Made by a program: the position numbers and the translations under genes. A DNA stretch of 64,000 nt, taken from NCBI GenBank assembly GCA_963777045.1, contig CAVZPD010000022.1:79591-143590 (forward strand), given 5' to 3'. The notes under the pieces were generated by a model. It saw only the letters and a list, made by a program, of their open reading frames with translations, searched no databases and was not told the DNA's origin. Origin of the DNA: an uncultured Chloroflexia bacterium. Lineage in GTDB: Bacteria; Chloroflexota; Limnocylindria; QHBO01. Positions 47,901-56,563 of this stretch are shown in pieces (the first letter of the stretch is position 1; each line of letters begins with the position of its first letter).

Positions 47901-48051
47901 TCAACCCACGGCCCGCCGCCTCGAACGCGCATCGGAGCAGATCTCCGCCGTGGGCGAGGGTATCCGCGAGGGCCGGTTCGAGGCGAACCCGTCGCCCATG
48001 CGCTGCGGGTTCTGTCCCTTCAGGGAGATCTGCCCGGACTCCGCGCGGTGA
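44992..48051 (+). CDS. UvrD/PcrA-family helicase fused to C-terminal PD-(D/E)xK (RecB/Cas4-like) nuclease with Cys4 cluster
   Basis: Helicase motifs I (LIVAGAGTGKTTV) and II (YILVDEFQDTNHAQ), and the 2B/3A regions, are present. The C-terminus has GQVSDYLDCPARYRYAHL, ITDYKSS and CGFCPFREIC, i.e. a RecB-fold nuclease with an Fe-S-type cysteine set. Confidence 0.8.
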   Translation: MNASWATIEDVPAVVPSPDQLPIFEELSAPPPKRRAGHLRIQPPLLADLTSRQRKAVTHGEGPLLIVAGAGTGKTTVISRRIAWLIAEKKARPSEILALTFTDRAALEMTERVDRLVPYGYTDTVISTFHAFGDRLLREHALEAGLSDRSTVLSRAEQVIFLREHLFDLPLQRFRPLGDPTRFLHALVTLISRARDEDVSPGEYRAAVAQLVARSAAEPDDAALAEEAARQIELAGLYEAYEGLMRSRDRLDFGDQVSLALRLLREHPAVLEQERKRFRYILVDEFQDTNHAQFELVKLLAGSPRASVTVVGDDDQSIYRFRGAALSNILGFRAAYPRSASVVLNDNFRSRQPILDAAYRLIRHNDPDRLEAREGLDKRLAARAAFSRPARAHGPIEMLAFGTGSDEADATAERISAAVREGRPAGDHAILVRTNRDAEPILRSLNMVGLPWRFSGTAGLYRQPEVRLLVSFLRAVNDAQDSVSCYDLATCEIFGLDAADVTAALNAATRRRTSLETALRSVVDRGDGAAFGERPVQVVRKLLETIDSHRAMSADRTTGEVLYHFVSSSGWLGRLAREAREAGEERLANVARFFEIVRRQSALLRDDRLPFLVAQLDTLIEVGDDPSTAEVEPDEGDAVHVLTYHKAKGLEFPVVFMVGLVDDRFPTRSRGDQLPLPEALVRDSLPAGDHHEAEERRLFYVGMTRAREELVMSWARDYGGRQARRMSPFVQEALDLAPATPSESLRPSIEQRLARHDRRAAASRPERATPRLGEKQLNLSYGQVSDYLDCPARYRYAHLIRIPTPASHQMAYGRALHAAVQAFHRRQMAGGSMSRAELRAELDATWESVGFLTREHEEARLRAAREVLDRFWDEQQRDPARPTAIEQDFAAVLGRDRVRGRYDRVDREDDGRVTITDYKSSDVRDPATANRRARESLQLSIYALAYESQHGKPPDELALHFLESGIVGRVQPTARRLERASEQISAVGEGIREGRFEANPSPMRCGFCPFREICPDSAR

Positions 48052-48055
48052 TCCC

Positions 48056-48463
48056 GTGAGCGGTCGACTGCGCCTGGCCCTCGCCTTCGTGTTCCTGCTC
48101 GGCGTCCTGTGCGTGGTGGTGCTGCTCGCCTACGCGGGTGCCGCCTGCGCCACCGACCTGCCGGGAGCACCGTGCCCGGAAGCCGGTCAGCACCGGGCCA
48201 CCGTCGTCGCGCTGGCCGCGGTCGGCGCCACGCTGCTGGTGGTGCCGTTCGCCTTTCTCGCCGAGTTCGCCTCGCGCCGGCGGATCGTCTACCGCGGCAT
48301 GTGGGGACGGGCACTGCGACGCGGCCTGTTGGCCGGCCTGGCGGTGGGCGCCCTCGCCGGACTGCGGCTCGGGGGTGCGCTGTCCGTTCCGTCGGCGCTC
48401 TTCGTGGTGCTGATGCTTGGCCTGCTCGAGTGGTTCACCATGCGGCGCTTCGACCTGCCGTGA
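48056..48463 (+). CDS. hypothetical membrane protein (4 predicted TM helices)
   Basis: A GTG 5 nt after the helicase stop lies in frame with track ORF 47891..48463. The product is hydrophobic. Its stop overlaps the next start (GTGA). Confidence 0.4.
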   Translation: MSGRLRLALAFVFLLGVLCVVVLLAYAGAACATDLPGAPCPEAGQHRATVVALAAVGATLLVVPFAFLAEFASRRRIVYRGMWGRALRRGLLAGLAVGALAGLRLGGALSVPSALFVVLMLGLLEWFTMRRFDLP

Positions 48464-49287
48464 GCGCCGACATCTTCGGCGGCCAGCCGGGTGACCCGGA
48501 CCTGCTCGCGGCGATCTACGACCTGGAGCACGACGAGGTCGTCGAGGATCTCGCCTTCTACCGCGAGCTGGCGAGTCGGGCGGGCGGCGCCGTGCTCGAT
48601 CTCGGGTGTGGATCCGGACGGCTCTTCGCCAGCCTCCTCCAGCGGTCGGTGGAGCGCGTGGTCGGCGTTGACGGCAGCCCGGCGCTGCTGCGGCGCGCGC
48701 AGGAGCGGATCAAGGGGTTGCCGGAGCTGGAGGAGGCCGAGCACGCGGGGCGTCTGGGCCTGTGGCAGGGAGACGTGCGCCACCTCGAGCGTGAACGCCT
48801 GCGCGAGGCGCTCGGCGCCAGGGCGTCGCTGGTGGTGCTCGCCGGTGTCCTGCCGCACCTCGACGGGCCGGAAGAGGCGCTCGCGCTGTTCACCGGCCTG
48901 CGACCGCTCCTCGCTCCGAAGGGGGTCGCGGTCCTCGACGACATCGGGCCCGGACAGCTGCCGGAGCGGGACCTGCCGCTCTCCGTCGACTGGCGGCGCA
49001 CGGTGGACGGCAGGCAGGTGGTGCGGCGCAGCGAGCTCCTGATCCGCAAGGCGCCCGAGGGACTTCGGGTCGCCTTCTCGACCCTGGTCGATGTAGGACA
49101 ACCCGATGGTACGATAGCGCGGCTTCCGGCCAGCCATCGGCTCTGGTATCCATCTGATGACGCGCTCACCGCACTCGTCGGGAAGGCCGGCCTGGCGGTG
49201 GAGCTGACCTACGGCTCGCACGACCTCGAGGCACTGGTCACTGACAGTGACCGCCGCATCTTCCTCGTCCGTCGCGCTGCGGGATGA
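48460..49287 (+). CDS. class I SAM-dependent methyltransferase
   Basis: GTG start in frame with track ORF 48109..49287. Motif I is VLDLGCGSGRL, post-I is VVGVDGS, and the Rossmann fold is present. No DNA-MTase DPPY/NPPY motif. Confidence 0.7.
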   Translation: MSADIFGGQPGDPDLLAAIYDLEHDEVVEDLAFYRELASRAGGAVLDLGCGSGRLFASLLQRSVERVVGVDGSPALLRRAQERIKGLPELEEAEHAGRLGLWQGDVRHLERERLREALGARASLVVLAGVLPHLDGPEEALALFTGLRPLLAPKGVAVLDDIGPGQLPERDLPLSVDWRRTVDGRQVVRRSELLIRKAPEGLRVAFSTLVDVGQPDGTIARLPASHRLWYPSDDALTALVGKAGLAVELTYGSHDLEALVTDSDRRIFLVRRAAG

Positions 49288-49329
49288 TGGGGAGAAGCGT
49301 CCGCAGCGGCGGGCGGAGCAAGGTGAGGA

Positions 49330-50481
49330 ATGGCAGCAGAGCAGATTCGGCTCCTGGTCGTGGAAGACGTGCCGCAGGTGGCGTCGCACATGCGCTCCCT
49401 GCTCCAGGCGCAGTCCCAGATCAAGATGCTCGACGTCGTACATGCCGGTGAGCAGGCCCTGGCCGCTGTCAACGAGCTGAAGCCGGACATCGTGATCGTC
49501 GACGCGCTGCTCCAGGGCCGCACCTCGGGACAGCAGGTGGCCCACTCCATCCGCGAGGCGCAGCCGCAGGTGGGCGTCGTCATGGTGACGGTCCCGCAGA
49601 ATCCCGTGCGCGAGGACCCGAGCCGGGGCGTCGACGCCATCCTGAAGATGCCGTTCAGCGGCTTCGACCTCACAACCATCGTGCGCAGGACCTACGAGGA
49701 GCGTACCGCCGAGGCGTCGCGCACCGGCTGCATGATGGTCAGCCTCTTCTCCCCGAAGGGCGGCGTGGGCCGGACCACGATCGCCTACAACCTGTCCGTC
49801 GCGCTCGGCGCGGCGGGGCACAAGGTGTGCCTGGTTGACGGCTCCCTGCAGTTCAGCGATCTGCGTGGCCTCCTGCGCGTTCCGGCCACCGCGCCATCGC
49901 TCGTCAACCTTCCGACGGATCGCATCCGCGGGTCCGACGTGGACGAGGTCGCGTGGAAGGACCCGACCGGGATCGACATCCTGCTGGCACCACCGCGCGT
50001 CGAGATGGCCGAGATGGTGACCGTACGCGACATCGAGAAGGTCCTGAGCATCCTGCGCCAGCTGTACGACTTCGTCATCGTCGATACCCGCGCCGCGCTC
50101 TCCGACGATGTCCTCGTCTTCCTGGATGCCTCCGACCTGATCCTGCAGGTTCTGACCTACGACTCCATGGCCATCCGCAGCCTGGCCATGGCGGCCGAGG
50201 CGTTCGACGCCATCGGCTATCCGCCCTCCAAGCTGGCCACCGTGGTGAACCGCGCCGACTCGGCAGGCGGGTTCGCCAGGGCCGATGTCGAGGCGGCCAT
50301 CGGTCGCGCCATCGACTACGAGGTCGTCTCCGATGGAAAGCTGGTCGTTGCTGCCAACAACGAGGGCGTTCCCTTCGTCGCCGGCAGCCCGGACGCGCCG
50401 ATCTCGCAGAGCATCGTGCGCTTGGCCGATTCGCTCGGCGCGCACCTCCGCGAGCGCTTGCCGGCGCTCGCCCACCACTGA
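49330..50481 (+). CDS. CpaE/TadZ-like protein: canonical receiver domain + ParA/MinD-family ATPase (second paralog)
   Basis: The REC domain has the acidic pocket (LLVVEDV...IVIVDALL...K). The deviant Walker A is SLFSPKGGVGRTTIAYNLSVAL, with ParA-fold motifs (LVDGSLQF, VIVDTRA). Good RBS (ggagcaaggtgagg). Confidence 0.75.
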   Translation: MAAEQIRLLVVEDVPQVASHMRSLLQAQSQIKMLDVVHAGEQALAAVNELKPDIVIVDALLQGRTSGQQVAHSIREAQPQVGVVMVTVPQNPVREDPSRGVDAILKMPFSGFDLTTIVRRTYEERTAEASRTGCMMVSLFSPKGGVGRTTIAYNLSVALGAAGHKVCLVDGSLQFSDLRGLLRVPATAPSLVNLPTDRIRGSDVDEVAWKDPTGIDILLAPPRVEMAEMVTVRDIEKVLSILRQLYDFVIVDTRAALSDDVLVFLDASDLILQVLTYDSMAIRSLAMAAEAFDAIGYPPSKLATVVNRADSAGGFARADVEAAIGRAIDYEVVSDGKLVVAANNEGVPFVAGSPDAPISQSIVRLADSLGAHLRERLPALAHH

Positions 50482-50489
50482 CCGAGTTC

Positions 50490-51317
50490 GTGGCGGCGTC
50501 TGGCGACTCGCGGCCCATCGGAGTCTTCGATTCCGGCGTCGGCGGCCTGACGGTCCTCTCGGAGCTCCACCGCCGGCTGCCAGCAGAGGCCACCGTCTAC
50601 CTCGGCGACAACGCCAGGGCCCCATACGGCCCTCGTGGCGCCGAGGAGGTCCGGCGCTTCACGCAGGAGGGCGTGGGCTGGCTGCTCGGCCAGGACGTGA
50701 AGCTGCTCGTCCTCGCCTGCAACACGGCCACGGCGCGAGCCCTTCCCGACGTCCGCGACCTCTCGCCGGTTCCCGTCCTGGGGGTCGTCCGGCCGGGGGC
50801 GGTCGCCGCGGCAGCTTCGACCCGCGTTGGTCACGTCGGCGTGATCGCGACCGCGGGCACGGTGGCGTCGGGAGCGTATCCCGCGGCCATCGGGGAGGCC
50901 GATGCCCGCATCCACGTCGCACAGCAGGCCTGTCCTGAGCTCGTCCCGCTGGTCGAATCCGGCCTCCTCGAGGGCGCGGCCACCGACGGTGCGGTGCAAA
51001 GCTACCTGGCCGAGCTCATGGAACGCGACGAACGGATCGATACCCTGCTGCTCGGCTGCACGCACTACCCGCTGCTGCGCCCCGCCATCGAGCGGGCGGT
51101 CGGGGAGGGCGTCGCCGTCGTGGATTCAGCCTTCACCACCGCGCTCGCCACCGAGGACCTGCTCGACGCCCTCGGGGCGCGGGCCCCGGCCTCGAACGAT
51201 GCTCGACGGCACCGCGTCGCCACGACCGGTGACGTGGCTGCCTTCCGCGCGGTCGCCGAGCGTCTCTTCGGCGATGCCCTTCCCGAGGTCGAGGCGGTCG
51301 AGCTCACGCGCGTCTAG
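50490..51317 (+). CDS. murI: glutamate racemase
   Basis: GTG in frame with track ORF 49953..51317. Conserved motifs are IGVFDSGVGGLTV, the first catalytic Cys block VLACNTA and the second catalytic Cys block LLGCTHYP. Confidence 0.82.
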   Translation: MAASGDSRPIGVFDSGVGGLTVLSELHRRLPAEATVYLGDNARAPYGPRGAEEVRRFTQEGVGWLLGQDVKLLVLACNTATARALPDVRDLSPVPVLGVVRPGAVAAAASTRVGHVGVIATAGTVASGAYPAAIGEADARIHVAQQACPELVPLVESGLLEGAATDGAVQSYLAELMERDERIDTLLLGCTHYPLLRPAIERAVGEGVAVVDSAFTTALATEDLLDALGARAPASNDARRHRVATTGDVAAFRAVAERLFGDALPEVEAVELTRV

Positions 51318-51326
51318 ACTCGACGC

Positions 51327-52499
51327 ATGACACGTTACGGGAGCCGGCTCGGCGTCGGCATCATGGTCGGCGGAGCACTGGCCCTTGGCGCCAGCGTGGC
51401 GCAGCGCGAGCTGCTGCGTCGTGCCGGGACGCAGCTCATCGACTGGCAGTCCGTGCAGCAGATCGCCCGGCGTCGCCTGGGCCGAGATGCCGCGCCGCTC
51501 TCGGCCGCGTCGCGCGCCGCGGCCGAGGCGTTCTATCGCAAGGTCCTGCTGCAGATCGAGCCCGTCGTCGCCGAGGAGATCGGCGCCAGCCTGCCGGACG
51601 CCCTGGAGACACCGGCGGTCGTCGACCGTGCCGCGTGGATCGACCTCAACCTGGCGACCTTCGAGACCCTCTTCGACCGGCTGGAAGCGATCATCGTGGC
51701 CCAGCAGTCGGGCGAGGACACTCCGGGCCGAGCACTGACCAGGATCGTGAACCGGAAGCTCGGGAACCAGCAGCTTGGCTTCCTGATGGCCTTCCTCGCG
51801 CGGAAGGTCCTGGGTCAGTACGACATCAGCCTCCTCGCCGCAGGGCCGGACGTGCGCGGCCGCCTCTACTTCGTGGAGCCGAACATCACCGCCACGGCCA
51901 ACGCCATGCGCCTGCCACACGACGAGTTCCGGACCTTCATCGCCCTCCACGAGGCCACGCACGCCTTCGAGTTCGAGGCATATCCCTGGCTGCGGGCGCA
52001 CTTCACCGGGCTCGTCGCCGAGTCGATCGAGCAGCTCGCGACTGACTCGAGCGGGCTCGTCGGGCGCCTGCAGAAGGTGCTGGCGCGGCGGGGGAGCGGT
52101 CACTGGCTCGAGCGGCTCATGTCGCCGCAGCAGCTCTCCACGTTCCGGCAGACGCAGGCGATCATGTCGCTGCTGGAGGGGTATTCGAACCACGTCATGA
52201 ATGCGGCCGGCGAGCGGCTGCTGCCCGGTTTCCGGCAGATTCATGAGCGCTTCGAGCGTCGAAACAGCGGTCGCAGCGCCATGGAGCGCGCCATCATGCG
52301 CCTGACCGGCCTCGACCTGAAGATGGAGCAGTACGAAGCCGGCGAGCGCTTCGTGGCGCACGTGATCGGAACGCGAGATCGAGCCTTCCTGAACCGGATC
52401 TGGGAGGGCGCCGATCGGCTGCCATCGCTCGACGAGATTCGCGAGCCGGAGCGATGGATCGGTCGCATGGAGAGCGGGATGAACGGAGGCTCGAGCTGA
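51327..52499 (+). CDS. DUF2342-family zinc-dependent metalloprotease
   Basis: The HExxH motif is in FIALHEATHAFEF. Family-typical N-terminal and C-terminal conservation is present (...EGYSNHVMN). Confidence 0.75.
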   Translation: MTRYGSRLGVGIMVGGALALGASVAQRELLRRAGTQLIDWQSVQQIARRRLGRDAAPLSAASRAAAEAFYRKVLLQIEPVVAEEIGASLPDALETPAVVDRAAWIDLNLATFETLFDRLEAIIVAQQSGEDTPGRALTRIVNRKLGNQQLGFLMAFLARKVLGQYDISLLAAGPDVRGRLYFVEPNITATANAMRLPHDEFRTFIALHEATHAFEFEAYPWLRAHFTGLVAESIEQLATDSSGLVGRLQKVLARRGSGHWLERLMSPQQLSTFRQTQAIMSLLEGYSNHVMNAAGERLLPGFRQIHERFERRNSGRSAMERAIMRLTGLDLKMEQYEAGERFVAHVIGTRDRAFLNRIWEGADRLPSLDEIREPERWIGRMESGMNGGSS

Positions 52500-53485
52500 A
52501 CGACGAGCTGGTTGTCCTGACCACGCCCATCTTCGGAGCGCCACTCAGCGGCGAACAGGTGGACCGCGTCGAGTCGGTGCCTGGCGTGCGGGTCGTCCAG
52601 ATGTCCCGAGAAGGTCTCGTTCACGAGGATGGCGGTGCAGCGCTCGCGGACGCCCGCGTCCTGCTGCGCGGGGGAATCCCGGCGGGCGCCCTCGACCACG
52701 TCGTGAACCACGCGCCGCAGCTGGCCTGGATCCACTCCTTCTCGGCTGGCATCGACCGCGTGGCGACGCCGGTCGTCCGCTCGCGGGGACTGACGGTGAC
52801 CAACGCGCGTGGGGTCTTCAGCCGGCCGATCGCCGAGTACGTCGTCCTGATGTGCCTGGCCATCGCCCGAAAGCTGACCCAGCTGATGGAGCTCCAGCGC
52901 GAGCGGACATGGCAGCCGCTCCGTGGGCGCGAGCTCGGCAGCCTGACGGTCGGCATCGTCGGCTTCGGGAGCATCGGCCAGGAGGTCGCGCGACTGCTCG
53001 CGCCATTCGAGACCCCCATCATCGCGACCCGGCGCAACGTCGGTCGGGAGCCGGCTCCCGCCAACGTGGAGCTGCTGCCCCACGACCGCCTGGACGAGCT
53101 GCTGCATCGCAGCGACGTGGTGGTCGTGGCGGCCCCCCTCACCGACGAGACAGCCGGTCTCATCGGCGCGCCGCAGCTCCAGGCGATGCGTCAGGACGCG
53201 TGGCTCATCAACATCTCGCGCGGGCGGCTGGTCGACGAGGTCGCGCTGCGCCGCGCGCTCGAGGCGGGGGCAATCGGCGGGGCGGTGCTCGATGTCTTCA
53301 ACGAGGAGCCGCTGCCGCCGGACTCGCCACTCTATGCGACGCCGAACCTCATCGTCACGCCGCACACCTCGTGGTCAAGCGATCGCGTCGCCGAGCGATC
53401 GCTGGACCTCTTCGTCCAGAACCTGCAGCGGTTTGCGAACGGCGAGCCGCTCGACAACGTGGTCGACCTCGAGGTCGGTTACTAG
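52454..53485 (+). CDS. D-isomer-specific 2-hydroxyacid dehydrogenase (PGDH/GHPR-like), NAD-binding
   Basis: The GxGxxG motif (VGIVGFGSIGQEVARLL), catalytic R/E/H context (NISRGRLVDE...HTSW) and a substrate-binding domain are present. The track start overlaps the previous gene by 46 nt, so the start is uncertain. Confidence 0.8.
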   Translation: MDRSHGERDERRLELNDELVVLTTPIFGAPLSGEQVDRVESVPGVRVVQMSREGLVHEDGGAALADARVLLRGGIPAGALDHVVNHAPQLAWIHSFSAGIDRVATPVVRSRGLTVTNARGVFSRPIAEYVVLMCLAIARKLTQLMELQRERTWQPLRGRELGSLTVGIVGFGSIGQEVARLLAPFETPIIATRRNVGREPAPANVELLPHDRLDELLHRSDVVVVAAPLTDETAGLIGAPQLQAMRQDAWLINISRGRLVDEVALRRALEAGAIGGAVLDVFNEEPLPPDSPLYATPNLIVTPHTSWSSDRVAERSLDLFVQNLQRFANGEPLDNVVDLEVGY

Positions 53486-53488
53486 CCG

Positions 53489-54583
53489 ATGCAGGTCACC
53501 ATCGTCGGCCTGCCGGCATCGGGCAAGACCACCGTCTTCAACGCACTCACCGGCGGCCACGCCGAGGTCGGCGGCTACTCGGGCGGGCGGGCGGCGCCCA
53601 ACCTGGGCGTGGTCAAGGTTCCGGACGAGCGCCTGGACCGGCTCTCGGAGCTCTTCAAGCCGAAGAAGACGACGCCGGCGGACGTGACCTACGTCGACGT
53701 CGCGCTCCCGGCCGGTGCTGCCCGAGAGGGAACGATCCAGGCCGATGTCCTGGCCCAGATCCGTAACGCCGATGCCCTCCTGCACGTGGTGCGCGCGTAC
53801 GACGACGCGACGGCAGACCGGCCCGCGGACCCGTGGCGCGACGTGGACGAGATGGACCTGGAGTTCACGGTGGCCGACCTGACCGTGATCGAGAAGCGCC
53901 TCGAGAAGCTGCGAACCTCCGGCCGCCACGGATCGGCCAGCGAGCGCGAGCAGAACGCCATGGAGGAGGAGCTCCTCGCCCGGCTGGAGCCCCACCTCTC
54001 GGACGGAAAGCCGCTGCGCGAGCTCGAGCTGTCGGACGACGACGAGCGCCGGCTCCGCGGCTTTCGCTTCCTGACCCAGAAGCCGGTGCTCGTGGTTCTG
54101 AACATCGACGAGGCGCAGCTCGGCGAGGCGGAAGCGCTCGAAGCGCAGGGCCGCGCACGATACGGGCAGCCGCTCTCCGACGTGGCGGCGCTGGCCGGCA
54201 AGATCGAGGCGGAGATCGCCGAGCTTGCTGCGGAGGATGCGGCACCCTTCATGGAGGATCTCGGCATCGCCGAGCCGAGCCGCGGCCGGGTCATCCGCCT
54301 GACCTACGGGCTGCTTGGCCTCTTCAGCTTCTTCACCGCCGGCGAGGACGAGTGCCGGGCCTGGACGCTGCGCAGTGGCGCGACGGCCGTGGATGCGGCC
54401 GGTGCCATCCACTCCGACCTGGCGCGCGGCTTCATCCGCGCCGAGGTGGTGACCTACGAGGACCTCATGGCCTGCGGCTCCATGGCGGAGGCACGCAAGC
54501 GCGGCGTGCTGCGCTCGGAGGGCAAGGCCTACCTGGTGCAGGACGGCGACGTCATCCAGGTCCTCTTCAACGTCGCACGCTGA
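53489..54583 (+). CDS. ychF: redox-regulated ribosome-binding ATPase YchF/Ola1
   Basis: The G1 motif is VGLPASGKTTVFNALT. A coiled-coil insertion and the C-terminal TGS domain (EGKAYLVQDGDVIQVLFNV) are present. Confidence 0.9.
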   Translation: MQVTIVGLPASGKTTVFNALTGGHAEVGGYSGGRAAPNLGVVKVPDERLDRLSELFKPKKTTPADVTYVDVALPAGAAREGTIQADVLAQIRNADALLHVVRAYDDATADRPADPWRDVDEMDLEFTVADLTVIEKRLEKLRTSGRHGSASEREQNAMEEELLARLEPHLSDGKPLRELELSDDDERRLRGFRFLTQKPVLVVLNIDEAQLGEAEALEAQGRARYGQPLSDVAALAGKIEAEIAELAAEDAAPFMEDLGIAEPSRGRVIRLTYGLLGLFSFFTAGEDECRAWTLRSGATAVDAAGAIHSDLARGFIRAEVVTYEDLMACGSMAEARKRGVLRSEGKAYLVQDGDVIQVLFNVAR

Positions 54584-54595
54584 CCGTTGCCGTCG

Positions 54596-54919
54596 TCAGC
54601 TGGAGTGGTCGAGCTCCACCACCACGCTGCGGAACTCATCCGACTGCTCGACCAGGAACGTGTCCTCGGCACCGGCCCCGACGCTCATGCTGGCGCTGAG
54701 CTTCTCGTCACCGATGTAGGTGAAGGCGCCGCTGCGTTCCAGCTCGCGCGCGATCGCCTCGACCAGCGTGTCCTCCTCGTACGTGTCGATCACCGCCTGC
54801 CGCGCCTGCTCCACCACGGCGGCGAACGCCTCGCGGCTCAGCTCGCGTTCGGTGACCAGCAGGGCGTCGGTCATCAGGTCCGTCGCACCCTCGTGCAGCT
54901 CGTAGAAGAAGACTCGCAT
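54596..54919 (-). CDS. hypothetical small acidic protein
   Basis: 107 aa, convergent with ychF. The GC3 pattern is consistent with coding. No family assigned. Confidence 0.4.
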   Translation of the reverse strand: MRVFFYELHEGATDLMTDALLVTERELSREAFAAVVEQARQAVIDTYEEDTLVEAIARELERSGAFTYIGDEKLSASMSVGAGAEDTFLVEQSDEFRSVVVELDHSS

Positions 54920-54939
54920 GGTGCGCCGATGATAGCCCG

Positions 54940-56550
54940 ATGTTGACCCCGTCGCCCCCCGACCTCCTGGTCGTGGGCGGGCTGACCGTCGACCGCTTTG
55001 CCGATGGATCGATGGCCGCCGGCGGTTCGGTGCTGCACGCCACCCAGGCGATGCATTTGGACGGACGACGCACGACGGTGGTCACCCTTGCCGGCCCGGA
55101 GGAGGTGGCGCAGCGCGGTCTCGACGCGCTGCGTGCCGTCGCGGAGGTGCATGCCCAGCGGGCGAGCCGGACCATCGGCTTCGACCACGTCGAGGGGTCG
55201 GATGGGCGGCAGCTCACCCTCAGCGCCGCGGGCGGCATCCTCACGCTGCCGGCGCTGACGGTGCACCCTCGGGCGGTGCTCTACGCCCCGATTGCCGACG
55301 AGCTGGACGCGAGCCTCGCTGGGCAGCGCTACCAGGGAGCGACCGCCGGGGCGATCCTGCAGGGGTGGCTGCGGGAGCTGCAGCCGGGGTCCGGCGTCAG
55401 GCAGCTGCCGCTCGCCCGCCTCGATGTGGCGCTGGTCGGCAGACTGTCCGCCTGCGACCTGCTGGTGGCCAGCTCCGACGATCTGTCGGCCGAGGGCACG
55501 GACCCGCCGGCGCAGCTGGAGGCGCTGCGCCGCACCTTCGGTCCGGGACCAACCCTGGTGGTGACGGCCGGGCTGGACGGCGCCTGGGTGAGCCGCGCAC
55601 CGCACGGCAGCGAGCACGTGGCGGTGGCTCGACGGATCGAGGGAGTCGCGACCGTCGGGGCAGGCGATGCATTCGCGGCCGCCATGCTGAGCGCAATCTC
55701 GCGCGGCATCGAGCCGCGCGATGCCGCGGTCGAGGCGAGCTCCCTGGTCGCCGAGCTCCTCGCCGAGCGTACCGGGCGCCAGATCCACATCGTCGGCGAC
55801 ATCCACGGCATGCGCGACGAACTGGCGACCACGCTGCGAGCTGCCGGGCTGATCGATCGGAATGATGCCTGGGTCGGCGGTCGCGACGAGTTGTGGATGG
55901 CGGGCGACCTGACCGACCGTGGGCCCGACGGCATCGGCGTGATCGAGCTGATCATGCGGCTCGAGGAGGAAGCCGGTGCGGTCGGGGGCCGGGTGGGATC
56001 CGTCCTGGGCAACCACGAGATCCTGATCCTGGGCGCTCGCGAGATGCCCGAGCAGCCAACGCGCGGACGCGGCGGCACGTTCGAGGGCGACTGGCTGGCG
56101 AACGGCGGCCGGCGCGAGGACCTGGCTCGGCTCGAGGCGCACCACGCCGACTGGCTGCGCTGCCGCCCGGTCGCCGCCCGCGTTGGGCAGGCACTCCTCG
56201 TTCATGCCGATGCCTCCTTCTACGGCCGCCTCGGACGATCGGTGACGGAGGCGAACCGCAGGGTGGCGGAGATGCTGGCGCGCCCGCAGCCGCTGCTCTG
56301 GGATCAGCTGCTCGCCGACTTCAGCGAGCGACGCGCCTTCCTGCACGACGATCGGGCGGCCGTCGAACTGCTTTCGCGTTGGGGTGGTCGCGAGGTGGTG
56401 CACGGCCACACCCCGGTGCCGCGCCTCTTCGGTGCGACCGCGGAGCAGGCGCAAGCTCCGGTTCGGTACACCGTCGGGCGTGCAGTGGCGGTCGACGGTG
56501 GCGTCTACAGCGGAGGGTCGGTCATCGTGCACAGGGTTCCCCGCGACTGA
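54940..56550 (+). CDS. fusion protein: pfkB/ribokinase-family carbohydrate kinase (N) + calcineurin-like metallophosphoesterase (C)
   Basis: The N-terminal ~290 aa have LLVVGGLTVD and the ribokinase-family anion-hole motif in ATVGAGDAFAAAML. The C-terminal ~240 aa have metallophosphoesterase motifs IHIVGDIHG, MAGDLTDRGPDG, GNHE and GHTP (PrpE/ApaH-like). Confidence 0.75.
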   Translation: MLTPSPPDLLVVGGLTVDRFADGSMAAGGSVLHATQAMHLDGRRTTVVTLAGPEEVAQRGLDALRAVAEVHAQRASRTIGFDHVEGSDGRQLTLSAAGGILTLPALTVHPRAVLYAPIADELDASLAGQRYQGATAGAILQGWLRELQPGSGVRQLPLARLDVALVGRLSACDLLVASSDDLSAEGTDPPAQLEALRRTFGPGPTLVVTAGLDGAWVSRAPHGSEHVAVARRIEGVATVGAGDAFAAAMLSAISRGIEPRDAAVEASSLVAELLAERTGRQIHIVGDIHGMRDELATTLRAAGLIDRNDAWVGGRDELWMAGDLTDRGPDGIGVIELIMRLEEEAGAVGGRVGSVLGNHEILILGAREMPEQPTRGRGGTFEGDWLANGGRREDLARLEAHHADWLRCRPVAARVGQALLVHADASFYGRLGRSVTEANRRVAEMLARPQPLLWDQLLADFSERRAFLHDDRAAVELLSRWGGREVVHGHTPVPRLFGATAEQAQAPVRYTVGRAVAVDGGVYSGGSVIVHRVPRD

Positions 56551-56563
56551 ACCGTGGTGTCGC

